Shown here in pieces: positions 20,379-29,440 of a stretch of DNA of 50,541 bases (the first letter of the stretch is position 1; each line of letters begins with the position of its first letter). The DNA lies in NCBI GenBank assembly GCA_040219255.1, contig JAVJSW010000064.1, positions 1 to 50,541 of the forward strand. The letters run 5' to 3'. This DNA is from Sumerlaeia bacterium (GTDB lineage: Bacteria; Sumerlaeota; Sumerlaeia; SLMS01; JAHLLQ01). Made by a program: the position numbers and the translations under genes. Under the pieces are notes generated by a model. The model was not told where the DNA came from. It was given only the letters and a program-made list of their open reading frames with translations, and did no database searches.

Positions 20379-21758
20379 TTACTTGTAGGACTTCCAAAGA
20401 AGTTCGGCGCTGGCGGTGTCGCTGACGGTCAGCAGCGTCAGCAACTCCTCCAAGGGATCGACAACCATCACCGTGCCTCCGCCCGCCTTGTTGGCGGTCA
20501 GATCGCCGGAAGGGATCACATAGGCCAAGGAGCTGGTATCGGCGGGCAGCGCGTAGGAGAATACGACGCCGCCTGTGCTGGCGTCCATGATGTGCAGGTA
20601 ATCGGTCCCGGTGAAGTCGGTCTCCAAAGCGGCCACAACCCCTGTGCTGAGGAAGGCGGCGCCTTGGCTATGCTCGAGCGTGGCCACCTCGTTCAAGTCG
20701 GCGTCGAGGAGCAGTTCGTCAGCGATGAAGAGCGAACCGTCGGCGTTGACCGCCACATTGGTCACCGACCCGGAGAACTGGGCCGTCGCCGTGATCGAGG
20801 TGGTGGCGTCGAAAATGAACAGATCGTGAGGCGTGCTGCCACCTTCGCCCAGGATCGCGACCTGCTGGTCGGCGCTGCTGGCGACGTAGTGTGGTTCGAA
20901 CGCGTCGCCGAACACACCGGGCAGAGTGATCTCCACAGCGGCGCCCGTACTGGGGGTGTAATCGAGGGGCCTTTCACCGCCCGATCCGGTGTAGGAGACG
21001 CCAACAAGAGCCTGATCGGCGCCGAGATAGGCGATCTGCAAAGGACCGACGTCGGTGTCGAGAACGCTTGAGAGATCGTCCGTGCGGCTGATGCTCTGGG
21101 TCGCCACGTCGATGACGGAAATGGATTGGCCGCCGATGTTGGCAACCAACAACTGGCCGTCGCCGCTCGAGAGCGCCAGGCCGTTGGGCAGGTCACCGAC
21201 CGCGATGGAGGCGGAGATGCTCGCCGCCTGCACATCCACCACGTCCACGTTGTCATTGTCGCGATCGATGACATAGATCATATCGCGCGTCGCATCGTAC
21301 ACCGCGTCCGCTGCATGGCCGTTCAGGGCCACGACGCCATTGGGAAGAGGAGTCGGAGTGGGGGCCGGGGTCGGGGTCGGCGTGCCGGCGATAATGGAGA
21401 TGGTATTGCTCTGGCTGTCTTCCGCGAACCCGGCGCCGGTCGCCGTGATGTCGAGTTCCTGGCCCGCGACGGCGGAGGGAAGGAAGAAGGTGAAGGTTTC
21501 CGTCTCGTTCACCGCCGGCGGAAAGGCGCCGTAGTTGATCGTCTGAACTTCGACGCCTTCGAGGGTCACGCTCAGACTGCTGAGTCCGAAGCTGGAGGTG
21601 GCGTTCACCGTCACGTCGAAGAGGTTGTTGGGCGAGATGCTGGCGCCATTGCTGGGCGAAGTGATGGTTACGTTGATTGCGGCGGTGGCGGCGGTGGCGG
21701 CGAGTGCGAGCGCACCGGCCAAGGGGTAAATCAATGTCTTAGGAAATCGCAAGGACAT
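20379..21758 (-). CDS. Secreted protein: Ig-like domain, PT linker, YVTN-type beta-propeller
   Basis: Signal peptide; VTITSPSNG; PTPTPAPTPTP; IYVIDRDNDNVDVVD…IAVGDLPNGLAL…VANIGGQSISVID; ends SAELLWKSYK. Confidence 0.8.
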   Translation of the reverse strand: MSLRFPKTLIYPLAGALALAATAATAAINVTITSPSNGASISPNNLFDVTVNATSSFGLSSLSVTLEGVEVQTINYGAFPPAVNETETFTFFLPSAVAGQELDITATGAGFAEDSQSNTISIIAGTPTPTPAPTPTPLPNGVVALNGHAADAVYDATRDMIYVIDRDNDNVDVVDVQAASISASIAVGDLPNGLALSSGDGQLLVANIGGQSISVIDVATQSISRTDDLSSVLDTDVGPLQIAYLGADQALVGVSYTGSGGERPLDYTPSTGAAVEITLPGVFGDAFEPHYVASSADQQVAILGEGGSTPHDLFIFDATTSITATAQFSGSVTNVAVNADGSLFIADELLLDADLNEVATLEHSQGAAFLSTGVVAALETDFTGTDYLHIMDASTGGVVFSYALPADTSSLAYVIPSGDLTANKAGGGTVMVVDPLEELLTLLTVSDTASAELLWKSYK

Positions 21759-21948
21759 GGAGAACTTCTCACAATTGGTTTTCGCTTTAGGGTTAGAGCG
21801 AAGCGTAGATAGCATGAGAATGGTGGCAAGCAAAATAGTGCGGTAAACGAAAATCTAAAAAAAGACCCGCAATGCGTGCTGCCGGATCGCCGCCTTCGAA
21901 GCTCGCCTCTGGATGTCGTCGATTTGTGGGGACAGAGGGATGCGGAGG

Positions 21949-24078
21949 TCAGGTCCACTCATCCGCCATGGCGGCGAATTCTTCCTCGAGGGCGGCGGCC
22001 AGGATCGCGTCGTCGTCGCCGTCGCCGCTCCGGGTGGGGTCCGCCGTCAGGATCGGTTCCTGCGCGGGCGGCGGCTCGGTGGGGCGGGGTTTGCGGGGAA
22101 GCGTGACGATGAAGCGCGATCCTGCTCCCACGCTGCTTTCCACGGCGATGTCGCCGCTCATCAGGCGGGCCAGTTTGCGCGAAATGGCCAGGCCGAGCCC
22201 GGTGCCGCCGAACTCGCGCGTGGTCGATGCGTCCACCTGGAAGAACTCGTCGAACACGTCGCGCAGCCGGTCCGGTGGAATGCCGATCCCGGTGTCCGAG
22301 ACGCTGATGGAAACGGCTGAGGTTCGGGTGCCGAGTGTGGCGCGGCGGGCGGACAGGGTGATGACTCCGTGCTGGGTGAATTTCGCCGCGTTGCCCAGCA
22401 GGTTGATGAGGATTTGCTGCAGCCGGATCGGATCGGCCTGGATTTGCCCAAGCCCCGGCTGGATGTCGAACTCGAGGCGGTTGTCGTTTTTCTCCAGCAT
22501 GGGCGCGATGTGATCGGTGCATTCTTGCAGGAAACGGGGCTTGGGCTCGTCCAGCGAAATCGGCTCGTAGTTGATTTCGATGCGCCCCGCTTCGATTTTG
22601 CTCAGGTCCAGCAGGTCGTTGATGAGGGCGAGAAGGTTCTCGCCACTCGACTGAATCAGTTCGATGTTGCGGATTTGCCGCTCGTCCAGCCGGCCCGCCG
22701 CCTTCTTCGCCAGGATGCGCGAGAACCCGAGGATGGCGTTCAGAGGCGTACGCAGTTCGTGACTGATGGTGGCGATAAACTGGCTCTTGAGCCGGTTGCT
22801 TTCGATGGCGCGGTCTTTCTCGCCCGCCAAATCGCGGGCCCGGTTCGCGATCCGCTGCTGCAGCTTCACCCGCTCGGTGATGTCGTCGACAAAGATCACC
22901 GCGCCCAACACCTCCCCCTCGTCGCCCCGCTCCGGGATCGCCTTGATCGAGAAGGCCGCATGCAGTTCGTCGCCCGTGCGGAAGCGTGCCCGGGGCAGTT
23001 CCACCACCTGGCCTTTGAGCACCTTCTTCAGGTGCGGCAAGAGCCCCGCGTCCTCGAGAAAGGCCATCTGCAAAAGATTCGGTGACGCCTCGCCTGTCTT
23101 CCATCCGAACAAAGGGCCGATTCGCTGGCGAATGAGCGCGTTGGCGTCCGTGACGCAACCCACGCTGTCGACCACCAGAACCCCGATGGGGGCCTGCTCG
23201 AAGGCGGGCCAGCGGCTCCGGAAGCCCGAGCCGGCGGGCCCGGCGGGGGCGTCGTGGGCCTGCAAGAACACGACCGCTGGAAAGGATTTCCGGCTCTTGC
23301 CCACTCGCCGGCCAGAGTAGCTCAGGCGAATCGGCAGGCTCTCCTCGCCAGTCGTTTTCAGCGAGTAGAGTTCATCCCAACGAATCCCCTCGGCCACGGC
23401 GAGGCGCAATCTGCGCCAATCCTCCGCGCCGCCAAGACGTTGCAAGACCTCGTCGAAACGGCCACCCACCAGGGCGCCGCCCTCCATGCCGAGCAGTGTC
23501 GATGCGAAGGGGGTCGCGTAGCGCACGCGGCCCGTTTCCTCGATCACGAGCGCCCCCTTCTCCATCGCCTCCACCACGGCGTGCAACTGCTCGGCCCGCT
23601 TGCGGTGGCGCACCAGAGCCCGTTCGCGGGTGGACCGCTCACGTGTGTCCACGCCCAGCACCAGCCACTCCGATCCCATCCTCAGGAACGTCATGGAAAG
23701 AGCCACCGGCGCGCCCTCGCGGCTCTGTATCGTCATGTCCATGCGGCTAGTGGTGCCGATGGAGGAGTTGCGCTTGAGATCGAGCAATCGCCACGGGTTC
23801 GAAGGCACCAGATCGAGGAACGACTTGTTGAGCAACTCCTTGGGGCCGTGGCCCAGTTTAGCCACCGCCAGAGTATTCACGTCGGTGATCTTCAGGTCCT
23901 CGGACAGCCGGAAGAACAGGGCGTCCGGCAGGCCCTCCATGAGCAGGTGGAACTTCGACGAGGGCACGAAAGCGCGCTTGGTGGCGACGTAGAGCGCGAT
24001 GGCTGCCAGAAGAATCCCGAAGCCAAAGCCGGCCAGCAGCAGCATCACGGCGTCGCCCTGCTCGCTCAGGGTCAGCAT
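21949..24078 (-). CDS. PAS-domain sensor histidine kinase (N-terminal TM, about 3 PAS domains, HisKA, HATPase)
   Basis: SHELRTPLNAI, NLLGNAAKFT, DTGIGI, GGTGLGL; no receiver domain; start uncertain. Confidence 0.93.
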   Translation of the reverse strand: MLTLSEQGDAVMLLLAGFGFGILLAAIALYVATKRAFVPSSKFHLLMEGLPDALFFRLSEDLKITDVNTLAVAKLGHGPKELLNKSFLDLVPSNPWRLLDLKRNSSIGTTSRMDMTIQSREGAPVALSMTFLRMGSEWLVLGVDTRERSTRERALVRHRKRAEQLHAVVEAMEKGALVIEETGRVRYATPFASTLLGMEGGALVGGRFDEVLQRLGGAEDWRRLRLAVAEGIRWDELYSLKTTGEESLPIRLSYSGRRVGKSRKSFPAVVFLQAHDAPAGPAGSGFRSRWPAFEQAPIGVLVVDSVGCVTDANALIRQRIGPLFGWKTGEASPNLLQMAFLEDAGLLPHLKKVLKGQVVELPRARFRTGDELHAAFSIKAIPERGDEGEVLGAVIFVDDITERVKLQQRIANRARDLAGEKDRAIESNRLKSQFIATISHELRTPLNAILGFSRILAKKAAGRLDERQIRNIELIQSSGENLLALINDLLDLSKIEAGRIEINYEPISLDEPKPRFLQECTDHIAPMLEKNDNRLEFDIQPGLGQIQADPIRLQQILINLLGNAAKFTQHGVITLSARRATLGTRTSAVSISVSDTGIGIPPDRLRDVFDEFFQVDASTTREFGGTGLGLAISRKLARLMSGDIAVESSVGAGSRFIVTLPRKPRPTEPPPAQEPILTADPTRSGDGDDDAILAAALEEEFAAMADEWT

Positions 24079-24319
24079 TCCCGCGCCGGTCAACCAGAGG
24101 GACTCGAGGGAGAAGTTGAGGGAACTCGGCAGAATCACGGCGGGATCGGAATTTCGTGGGATGGCGATTACGTGACGAGGCAAATTGGCACGGCAAAGGA
24201 GCAAAGACTAGCAGAAACCGCTTGTAACGCGCCTTTTTTCTTTAACTTGGTTCGGTTCCTGCGCTATTCCTTCTTCCGGACTTGGCAACGGGCGGGTCCC
24301 GGGAAAGGATTGGTCCGAA

Positions 24320-25333
24320 ATGATACGCACACTTCTTCTCCTGCCCCTTCTACTGGGCTGGCTCCTCGCCGGCGGAGTCTTCGCCCAGGGCGACCGTCCC
24401 CTTGTGATCCAGGGCCTGGAGCCGCAAAGCGCCCTCCACAATCGCATCGAGCGTGACGCGATCGCCGCCCGGGCCCAGCTGCGCGATATGTCCGGCACCC
24501 AGTGGCCCGGTCCCCAGCGTATCATCTGGGTCGAGGACGAGGACGTGTTCCGAGCGATTACCGGTTTCCGCGCCGAACACACCGCCGCCGCCGCCCATCC
24601 CGCGCGCCAGATCATTTGGATCAACGCCTCCGCCTGGAACCGCGGCGCACCGGCCAACCAACGCCAGACCCTGACGCACGAGATGGCGCATGTGTTCATC
24701 GGCAGCCTGCCCGGCGGCCAGGACCTGCCGCTCTGGTTCGAGGAGGGCCTTGTGCAGCGCCTCGCCGGCCAGGGCGGGGCCGAAGAGGTCCTCGCCCTCG
24801 CCAAGGGGCGCCTCTTCGGGGGCCTGCCGGACCTTCGCGAACTCGAGCACTCCTTCCCCCGCGATCCCACACGCCAGCACCTCAGCTATGCGTTGTCCTA
24901 TCAATCCGTCGGCGTCGTCGCCGGAGACATCGGCCGCGGGAGCGCGGCCAATCTCGTGGCGGAATTGGCCCATCCGCAGCTCGGCCCGCTTCTGTCCGAG
25001 AAACTTTGGAACGAATGGTCCCGCGATCGCTGGAACGAAGAAGCGCTGGACCTCATCGGCGAACCAGCCGAGAACGCGGTCATCGTTTTCGCCACCGGCA
25101 CCCCATTCTGGGTCTTTATCGCTGTGGTGGCGGTGATTGGCTACGCGCTGACCAAGCGCCGGCAACGCGCCGCCGGTCAGCGGGAAAACGACGAGGAGCC
25201 CTGGATGGAATCCCTGACGCAGGACGACGTGCAGGATGTCTGGGGGGACCGCGAGGAGCGATGGCAGACGGAAGAAACTCCTTGGGAGCGTCACGAACGC
25301 GAGCGCGACGACGCCAACCGCGGCGGCTATTGA
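24320..25333 (+). CDS. Peptidase MA-like (gluzincin) metallopeptidase with C-terminal TM and acidic tail
   Basis: Signal peptide; HEMAH…PLWFEEG; TM FWVFIAVVAVIGYAL. Confidence 0.82.
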   Translation: MIRTLLLLPLLLGWLLAGGVFAQGDRPLVIQGLEPQSALHNRIERDAIAARAQLRDMSGTQWPGPQRIIWVEDEDVFRAITGFRAEHTAAAAHPARQIIWINASAWNRGAPANQRQTLTHEMAHVFIGSLPGGQDLPLWFEEGLVQRLAGQGGAEEVLALAKGRLFGGLPDLRELEHSFPRDPTRQHLSYALSYQSVGVVAGDIGRGSAANLVAELAHPQLGPLLSEKLWNEWSRDRWNEEALDLIGEPAENAVIVFATGTPFWVFIAVVAVIGYALTKRRQRAAGQRENDEEPWMESLTQDDVQDVWGDREERWQTEETPWERHERERDDANRGGY

Positions 25334-25413
25334 CGGCGGCAGGCGCGGGGCATTAGTGCATCGGGAGAAGGACCGCCGGCGAAAGCAACACCCGGCGGGA
25401 TTGCCCGCTCCCC

Positions 25414-26106
25414 TTGAAAATCACATCCCAGGAAAAACTCGTCCTCCTCGGCGGCTGCTGGCTGGCCTGGCTCAGCGCCGGGGTCAATGTCGGCTTCCTG
25501 ATTCTTTACGGAACCTCCGTCAGCCACTTGACGGGAGACATCTCGAACGTGGCTGTCGACATTCTGACGTTCGGCCGGGAGTCGCAGACCGCCCTGCTGA
25601 ACCTGGGCCTCGCCACCGCCGGGTTTCTTTCCGGTGCGGGGTTCGCCGGTTACTACATTCACCACCCCTCGCTCGAACTGACGCGCCCCTACGGCCGCAC
25701 CTTCATCATCATCGGGGGGTTGCTCACGCTGTCGCATGCGTGTCTCGGATGGTCGGTGTCCACGGCGATCCTGCTGGCGAGTTCGGCCTGCGGTCTGCAG
25801 AATGCCATGGCGACGCATTATCGGGGGGTGGTGCTGCGGACAACGCACCTGACCGGCTTGATCACGGACCTGGGGAGCTACGCGGGCATGAAGTTGCGTG
25901 GTCATCCGGTCTCGAAGGCGAAAATCCTGATTCCGCTGGTGCTCTCGCTCAGTTTCTTCGGCGGTTCGCTCTTCGGAGCGGCGATCGTTCTGTGGCTCCA
26001 ATGGCCGTTCCTGCTGGTACTGGCGGCGATCTACGTGTCGGGCGGCATTTTCTACGTGGCGATGAAACCGCGCCTGACGCGCCTGCCCGCCCAGAAGCGG
26101 CGCTAA
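25414..26106 (+). CDS. DUF1275/YoaK-family membrane protein
   Basis: VSHLTG, GLQNAM, RTTHLTGLITDLG; multiple TM helices. Confidence 0.87.
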   Translation: MKITSQEKLVLLGGCWLAWLSAGVNVGFLILYGTSVSHLTGDISNVAVDILTFGRESQTALLNLGLATAGFLSGAGFAGYYIHHPSLELTRPYGRTFIIIGGLLTLSHACLGWSVSTAILLASSACGLQNAMATHYRGVVLRTTHLTGLITDLGSYAGMKLRGHPVSKAKILIPLVLSLSFFGGSLFGAAIVLWLQWPFLLVLAAIYVSGGIFYVAMKPRLTRLPAQKRR

Positions 26107-26276
26107 ACCCCGCTTACGCGCTTTATCAGACCCCTTTCCCTAGGACTCTTTCGCGCAACCCTTTCTCCTTGTCACTGCGTGGGCTCCATTCCAGACATTG
26201 CAGCCTCAATTAGGATGACCGCGGGGTCGATCGAGACGCACGCGTGGCATCGCCGCCAACAGGGAGACGCTTGTTC

Positions 26277-27320
26277 ATGAAGAAGGCTTTGATTACTGGG
26301 ATTACGGGTCAAGACGGCAGTTACTTGACGGAGCTGTTGCTGGATAAAGGTTACGAGGTCTGGGGCGTTGTGCGGCGGGCATCCACGTTCAACACCGGCC
26401 GCATCGACCACCTCTACAAGGATCCGCACCGCCCGGACGTGAAGCTCAAGCTTGTCTATGGGGATCTGACCGATTCAGCGCGCCTTCACCAGATTTTCGA
26501 AGAAGTGAAGCCGGACGAAATCTACAACCTGGGCGCCCAGAGCCACGTGCGCGTTTCCTACGACGAACCCGAATACACCGCCGACACCGTCGCCATGGGA
26601 GCCCTCCGGCTGCTGGAAGCGGCCCGCACGATCTGCCCGACGGCCAAGATCTATCAGGCTTCTTCGAGCGAAATGTATGGCAAAGTGCACGCCATTCCGC
26701 AAAGCGAAACGACCCCCTTCCACCCCCGTAGCCCTTACGCCGTGGCGAAGGTGATGGCCTTCTGGCAGACGGTGAACCATCGCGAAGCGTTCAACATGTT
26801 CGCCTGCAACGGCATCCTGTTCAACCACGAGAGCCCGCGCCGGGGGGAAACCTTCGTGACCCGCAAGATCACCCGCGCCGTCGGCCGTATCAAGATGGGC
26901 CTGCAGAACAAAATCTATATGGGCAACCTGGACTCGAAGCGCGACTGGGGCTTCGCCGGTGACTATGTCGAAGGCATGTGGCGCATGCTGCAGCAGGACG
27001 AAGCCGACGATTTCGTCCTGGCCACCGGAGAAACCCACACCGTCCGCGAGTTTCTGGAAGTGGCCTTTGGCCGCGTGGACCTGGATTACAATGACCACGT
27101 GGAGATCGATCCACGCTACTTCCGCCCCGCGGAAGTGGATCTGCTGCTGGGCGACCCGGCCAAGGCCAAGGCCAAGCTGGGCTGGGAGCCGAAGGTGACC
27201 TTCCAGGGCCTGGTGGAAATGATGGTCGACTCGGACCTCGCCTTGGCCCGCCGCGAAGCGCGCCACGCGGAAATCGATCTGGAGATGGCCGCGGAAGAGG
27301 CCACCGCCGCCCGCGTCTAG
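26277..27320 (+). CDS. gmd: GDP-mannose 4,6-dehydratase
   Basis: [50 protein letters not shown]; GGAG RBS. Confidence 0.98.
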   Translation: MKKALITGITGQDGSYLTELLLDKGYEVWGVVRRASTFNTGRIDHLYKDPHRPDVKLKLVYGDLTDSARLHQIFEEVKPDEIYNLGAQSHVRVSYDEPEYTADTVAMGALRLLEAARTICPTAKIYQASSSEMYGKVHAIPQSETTPFHPRSPYAVAKVMAFWQTVNHREAFNMFACNGILFNHESPRRGETFVTRKITRAVGRIKMGLQNKIYMGNLDSKRDWGFAGDYVEGMWRMLQQDEADDFVLATGETHTVREFLEVAFGRVDLDYNDHVEIDPRYFRPAEVDLLLGDPAKAKAKLGWEPKVTFQGLVEMMVDSDLALARREARHAEIDLEMAAEEATAARV

Positions 27321-27420
27321 GTGACTCCACTAAAATCCTTTTGCAGGGAGAGTCGGAGTATCTTGGGGCACAAGAGAACCTAGGTTCGCTGCAAAACACC
27401 GGGAAGAGGGCCGAAGTCGT

Positions 27421-27816
27421 TCAGACGCTTTGGTCCTCTTTTTCCTTTGTGGCAGGCGCCAGCAGCCACCAGCCATCCCGGTCGCCGGCCGGCACGGGAT
27501 CGAAACCGCCTTTGCAGAAGGGCTGGCAGCGGAGCAGGCGGGCGCAGATCAGCCAGACCGCCACCGGCGCGGGCTTGGTCCGCAGCGCATCGAGGCCATA
27601 GTGGGAGCAGGAGGGCACGAAGCGGCAGTGCCCCCCCATGGCCCAGCCGAGGCTGATCTGATAGGAGCGCACGGCTCCGATCAGGAACCAGCGGAGGGCT
27701 CGGTCGGGATAGAGGAGGAGGGGGTTTGGAGGGCGCCCGGCTCGCCGCTGGTGGACGGGGGGATGGGGGGAGTCTGCTGCTGGGAGGGGGGAAGGATTCC
27801 CAGTTGGCGGGCACAT
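27421..27816 (-). CDS. yidD: Membrane protein insertion efficiency factor
   Basis: YQ…CRFVPSCSHY…RLLRCQPF…GGFDPVP; follows rnpA; start uncertain (overlaps rnpA tail). Confidence 0.88.
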   Translation of the reverse strand: MCPPTGNPSPLPAADSPHPPVHQRRAGRPPNPLLLYPDRALRWFLIGAVRSYQISLGWAMGGHCRFVPSCSHYGLDALRTKPAPVAVWLICARLLRCQPFCKGGFDPVPAGDRDGWWLLAPATKEKEDQSV

Positions 27817-28187
27817 GCTCGGAACTCCCGGCGAAGGTCCGCGTAGTTGGCCTCTCGGGCGCCAAAGCGGGCAATCACAACAATGTCCCAGCCGGGGGCG
27901 AGTTCGCCGTGCATGCGGCGGAAAGCCTCGCGCAGGAGACGCTTGATGCGGTTACGGCCTACCGCGCGTTTGTCCACGCGGCGGCTGACCACGAGACCCA
28001 TGCGGGTGGGGGTGTGCTCGTCATCGCGGCGCTCGGCCTTGAAGACGAGGCACTTACGGGCGCAACTGACGGGTGAGGATTGGACGCGTCGATAGTCGGC
28101 GCCACGGACGATTCGGATCCACGACGGAAACCCCTCTCCCCGGGGAGAGAGGGGTTTCGGCGCCGCAGGAGTTGGTGAGTCGGTCAA
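27681..28187 (-). CDS. rnpA: Ribonuclease P protein component
   Basis: RMGLVVSRRV…AVGRNRIKRLLREAFR (RNR motif), DIVVIAR. Confidence 0.93.
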   Translation of the reverse strand: MTDSPTPAAPKPLSPRGEGFPSWIRIVRGADYRRVQSSPVSCARKCLVFKAERRDDEHTPTRMGLVVSRRVDKRAVGRNRIKRLLREAFRRMHGELAPGWDIVVIARFGAREANYADLRREFRACARQLGILPPSQQQTPPIPPSTSGEPGALQTPSSSIPTEPSAGS

Positions 28188-28208
28188 AAAAGGAGAATGC
28201 CCCGGCGA

Positions 28209-28343
28209 TTAGACGGTGAGGCGATGGCGGCCCTTGGCGCGGCGGCGGGCCAGCACCTTGCGGCCGTTTTTGGTCGCCATGCGCGAGCGGAACCCGTGCT
28301 TTTTCTTACGGCGTCGAACGTGGGGTTGATAAGTTCTTTTCAT
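28209..28343 (-). CDS. rpmH: 50S ribosomal protein L34
   Basis: MKRTYQP…[24 protein letters not shown]; AAGGA RBS. Confidence 0.98.
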   Translation of the reverse strand: MKRTYQPHVRRRKKKHGFRSRMATKNGRKVLARRRAKGRHRLTV

Positions 28344-28486
28344 CGGTTCGTATTCCTTAGGGGCTGTGTCACACGCGATGGGGGAACCAGGGCGCGAAAG
28401 GAAACCCGCGCTCAAGGGCCAAGGAGAAGACCCTCAAAGCCTGTCTCCCGTCAAGGCCGATTTCCCGTCAAAGCTGTGGAAAATTG

Positions 28487-29041
28487 CTACTTCTCGGCCG
28501 TGGTGGTCTCTGGCTTGCCGAACTTGTGTTGGTAGAGTTCGACGGCGTGGCGGATCGCTTCGCGGGCTTCTTCCGCGCCGCCCCATCCGACGGGGTTTAC
28601 GCGGTGCCCCTCCAGATCCTTGTAGACGCTGAAGAAGTGGGCCACTTCTTCGAGGAAGTGGGGCGGGATGTTGCCCACGTCGCGGAATTCTCGGAAGAAG
28701 GGATTCCCCTCGGGCACGCAGACGATCTTGTCGTCGTTGGCGTCCTTGTCCCGCATGCGGAAAACCGCGATAGGGCGGGCCTCGACGATGCAGCCGGTGA
28801 AGGTCGGTTCGTTGCAGATGATCAGCACGTCGAGCGGGTCGCCGTCGTCGTAGTGGGTGCGGGGAATGAGGCCGTAATCGCCCGGGTAAATCATTGGCGA
28901 ATAGAGGGTGCGATCGAGATGGAACAGACCGGTGGCCTTGTCCAACTCGTACTTGTTCCTCGATCCCTTGGGGATTTCGACAATACAATTGATGAGGTCC
29001 GGGGCGTTGTCGCCAACGCTGAGGTCGTGGAGGGGATGCAT
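28487..29041 (-). CDS. ppa: Family I inorganic pyrophosphatase
   Basis: VEIPKGSRNKYE, YPGDYG, DDGDPLD, DDKIV, FFSVYKDLE. Confidence 0.96.
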   Translation of the reverse strand: MHPLHDLSVGDNAPDLINCIVEIPKGSRNKYELDKATGLFHLDRTLYSPMIYPGDYGLIPRTHYDDGDPLDVLIICNEPTFTGCIVEARPIAVFRMRDKDANDDKIVCVPEGNPFFREFRDVGNIPPHFLEEVAHFFSVYKDLEGHRVNPVGWGGAEEAREAIRHAVELYQHKFGKPETTTAEK

Positions 29042-29440
29042 AGTGAACGGTCGTATCCTTAGCGATTTTAGAAATCCTCCCGCCCGGCGGGGCGGGGGCG
29101 CAACCATCGTTCAACAGGCGAGAGGGGAAAGCGGATCGGACCGGGTGTCAAGGGGCGGGGTGGGTGTCATCAGAGCGGGATGGATCGGCTCCGATTTCGT
29201 TAAGCTCAAACAAAATGCTGGGCACCCCGGTCGCTCCAGCCCTATGGTTTGTTGAAGTCATATCAGATTGGGCGGGAGTTTTCCATGACGCGCTTTTTCG
29301 CAATATTGATCCTTCTGACTTTGGTGCGTGCCGCGGGGACGGCGCAGGGCGCCGGTTTCGAGAGAGTCGAGAGCAACGGGGTCTTGGATGTGGCGGACTT
29401 TGTCGACGTGCCGCGGTAAGCTCCCGGCCAGCGAACGCTC

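Noticed and set aside
28344-28486. oriC
   Set aside because: Only one DnaA box, no AT-rich unwinding element, no dnaA.
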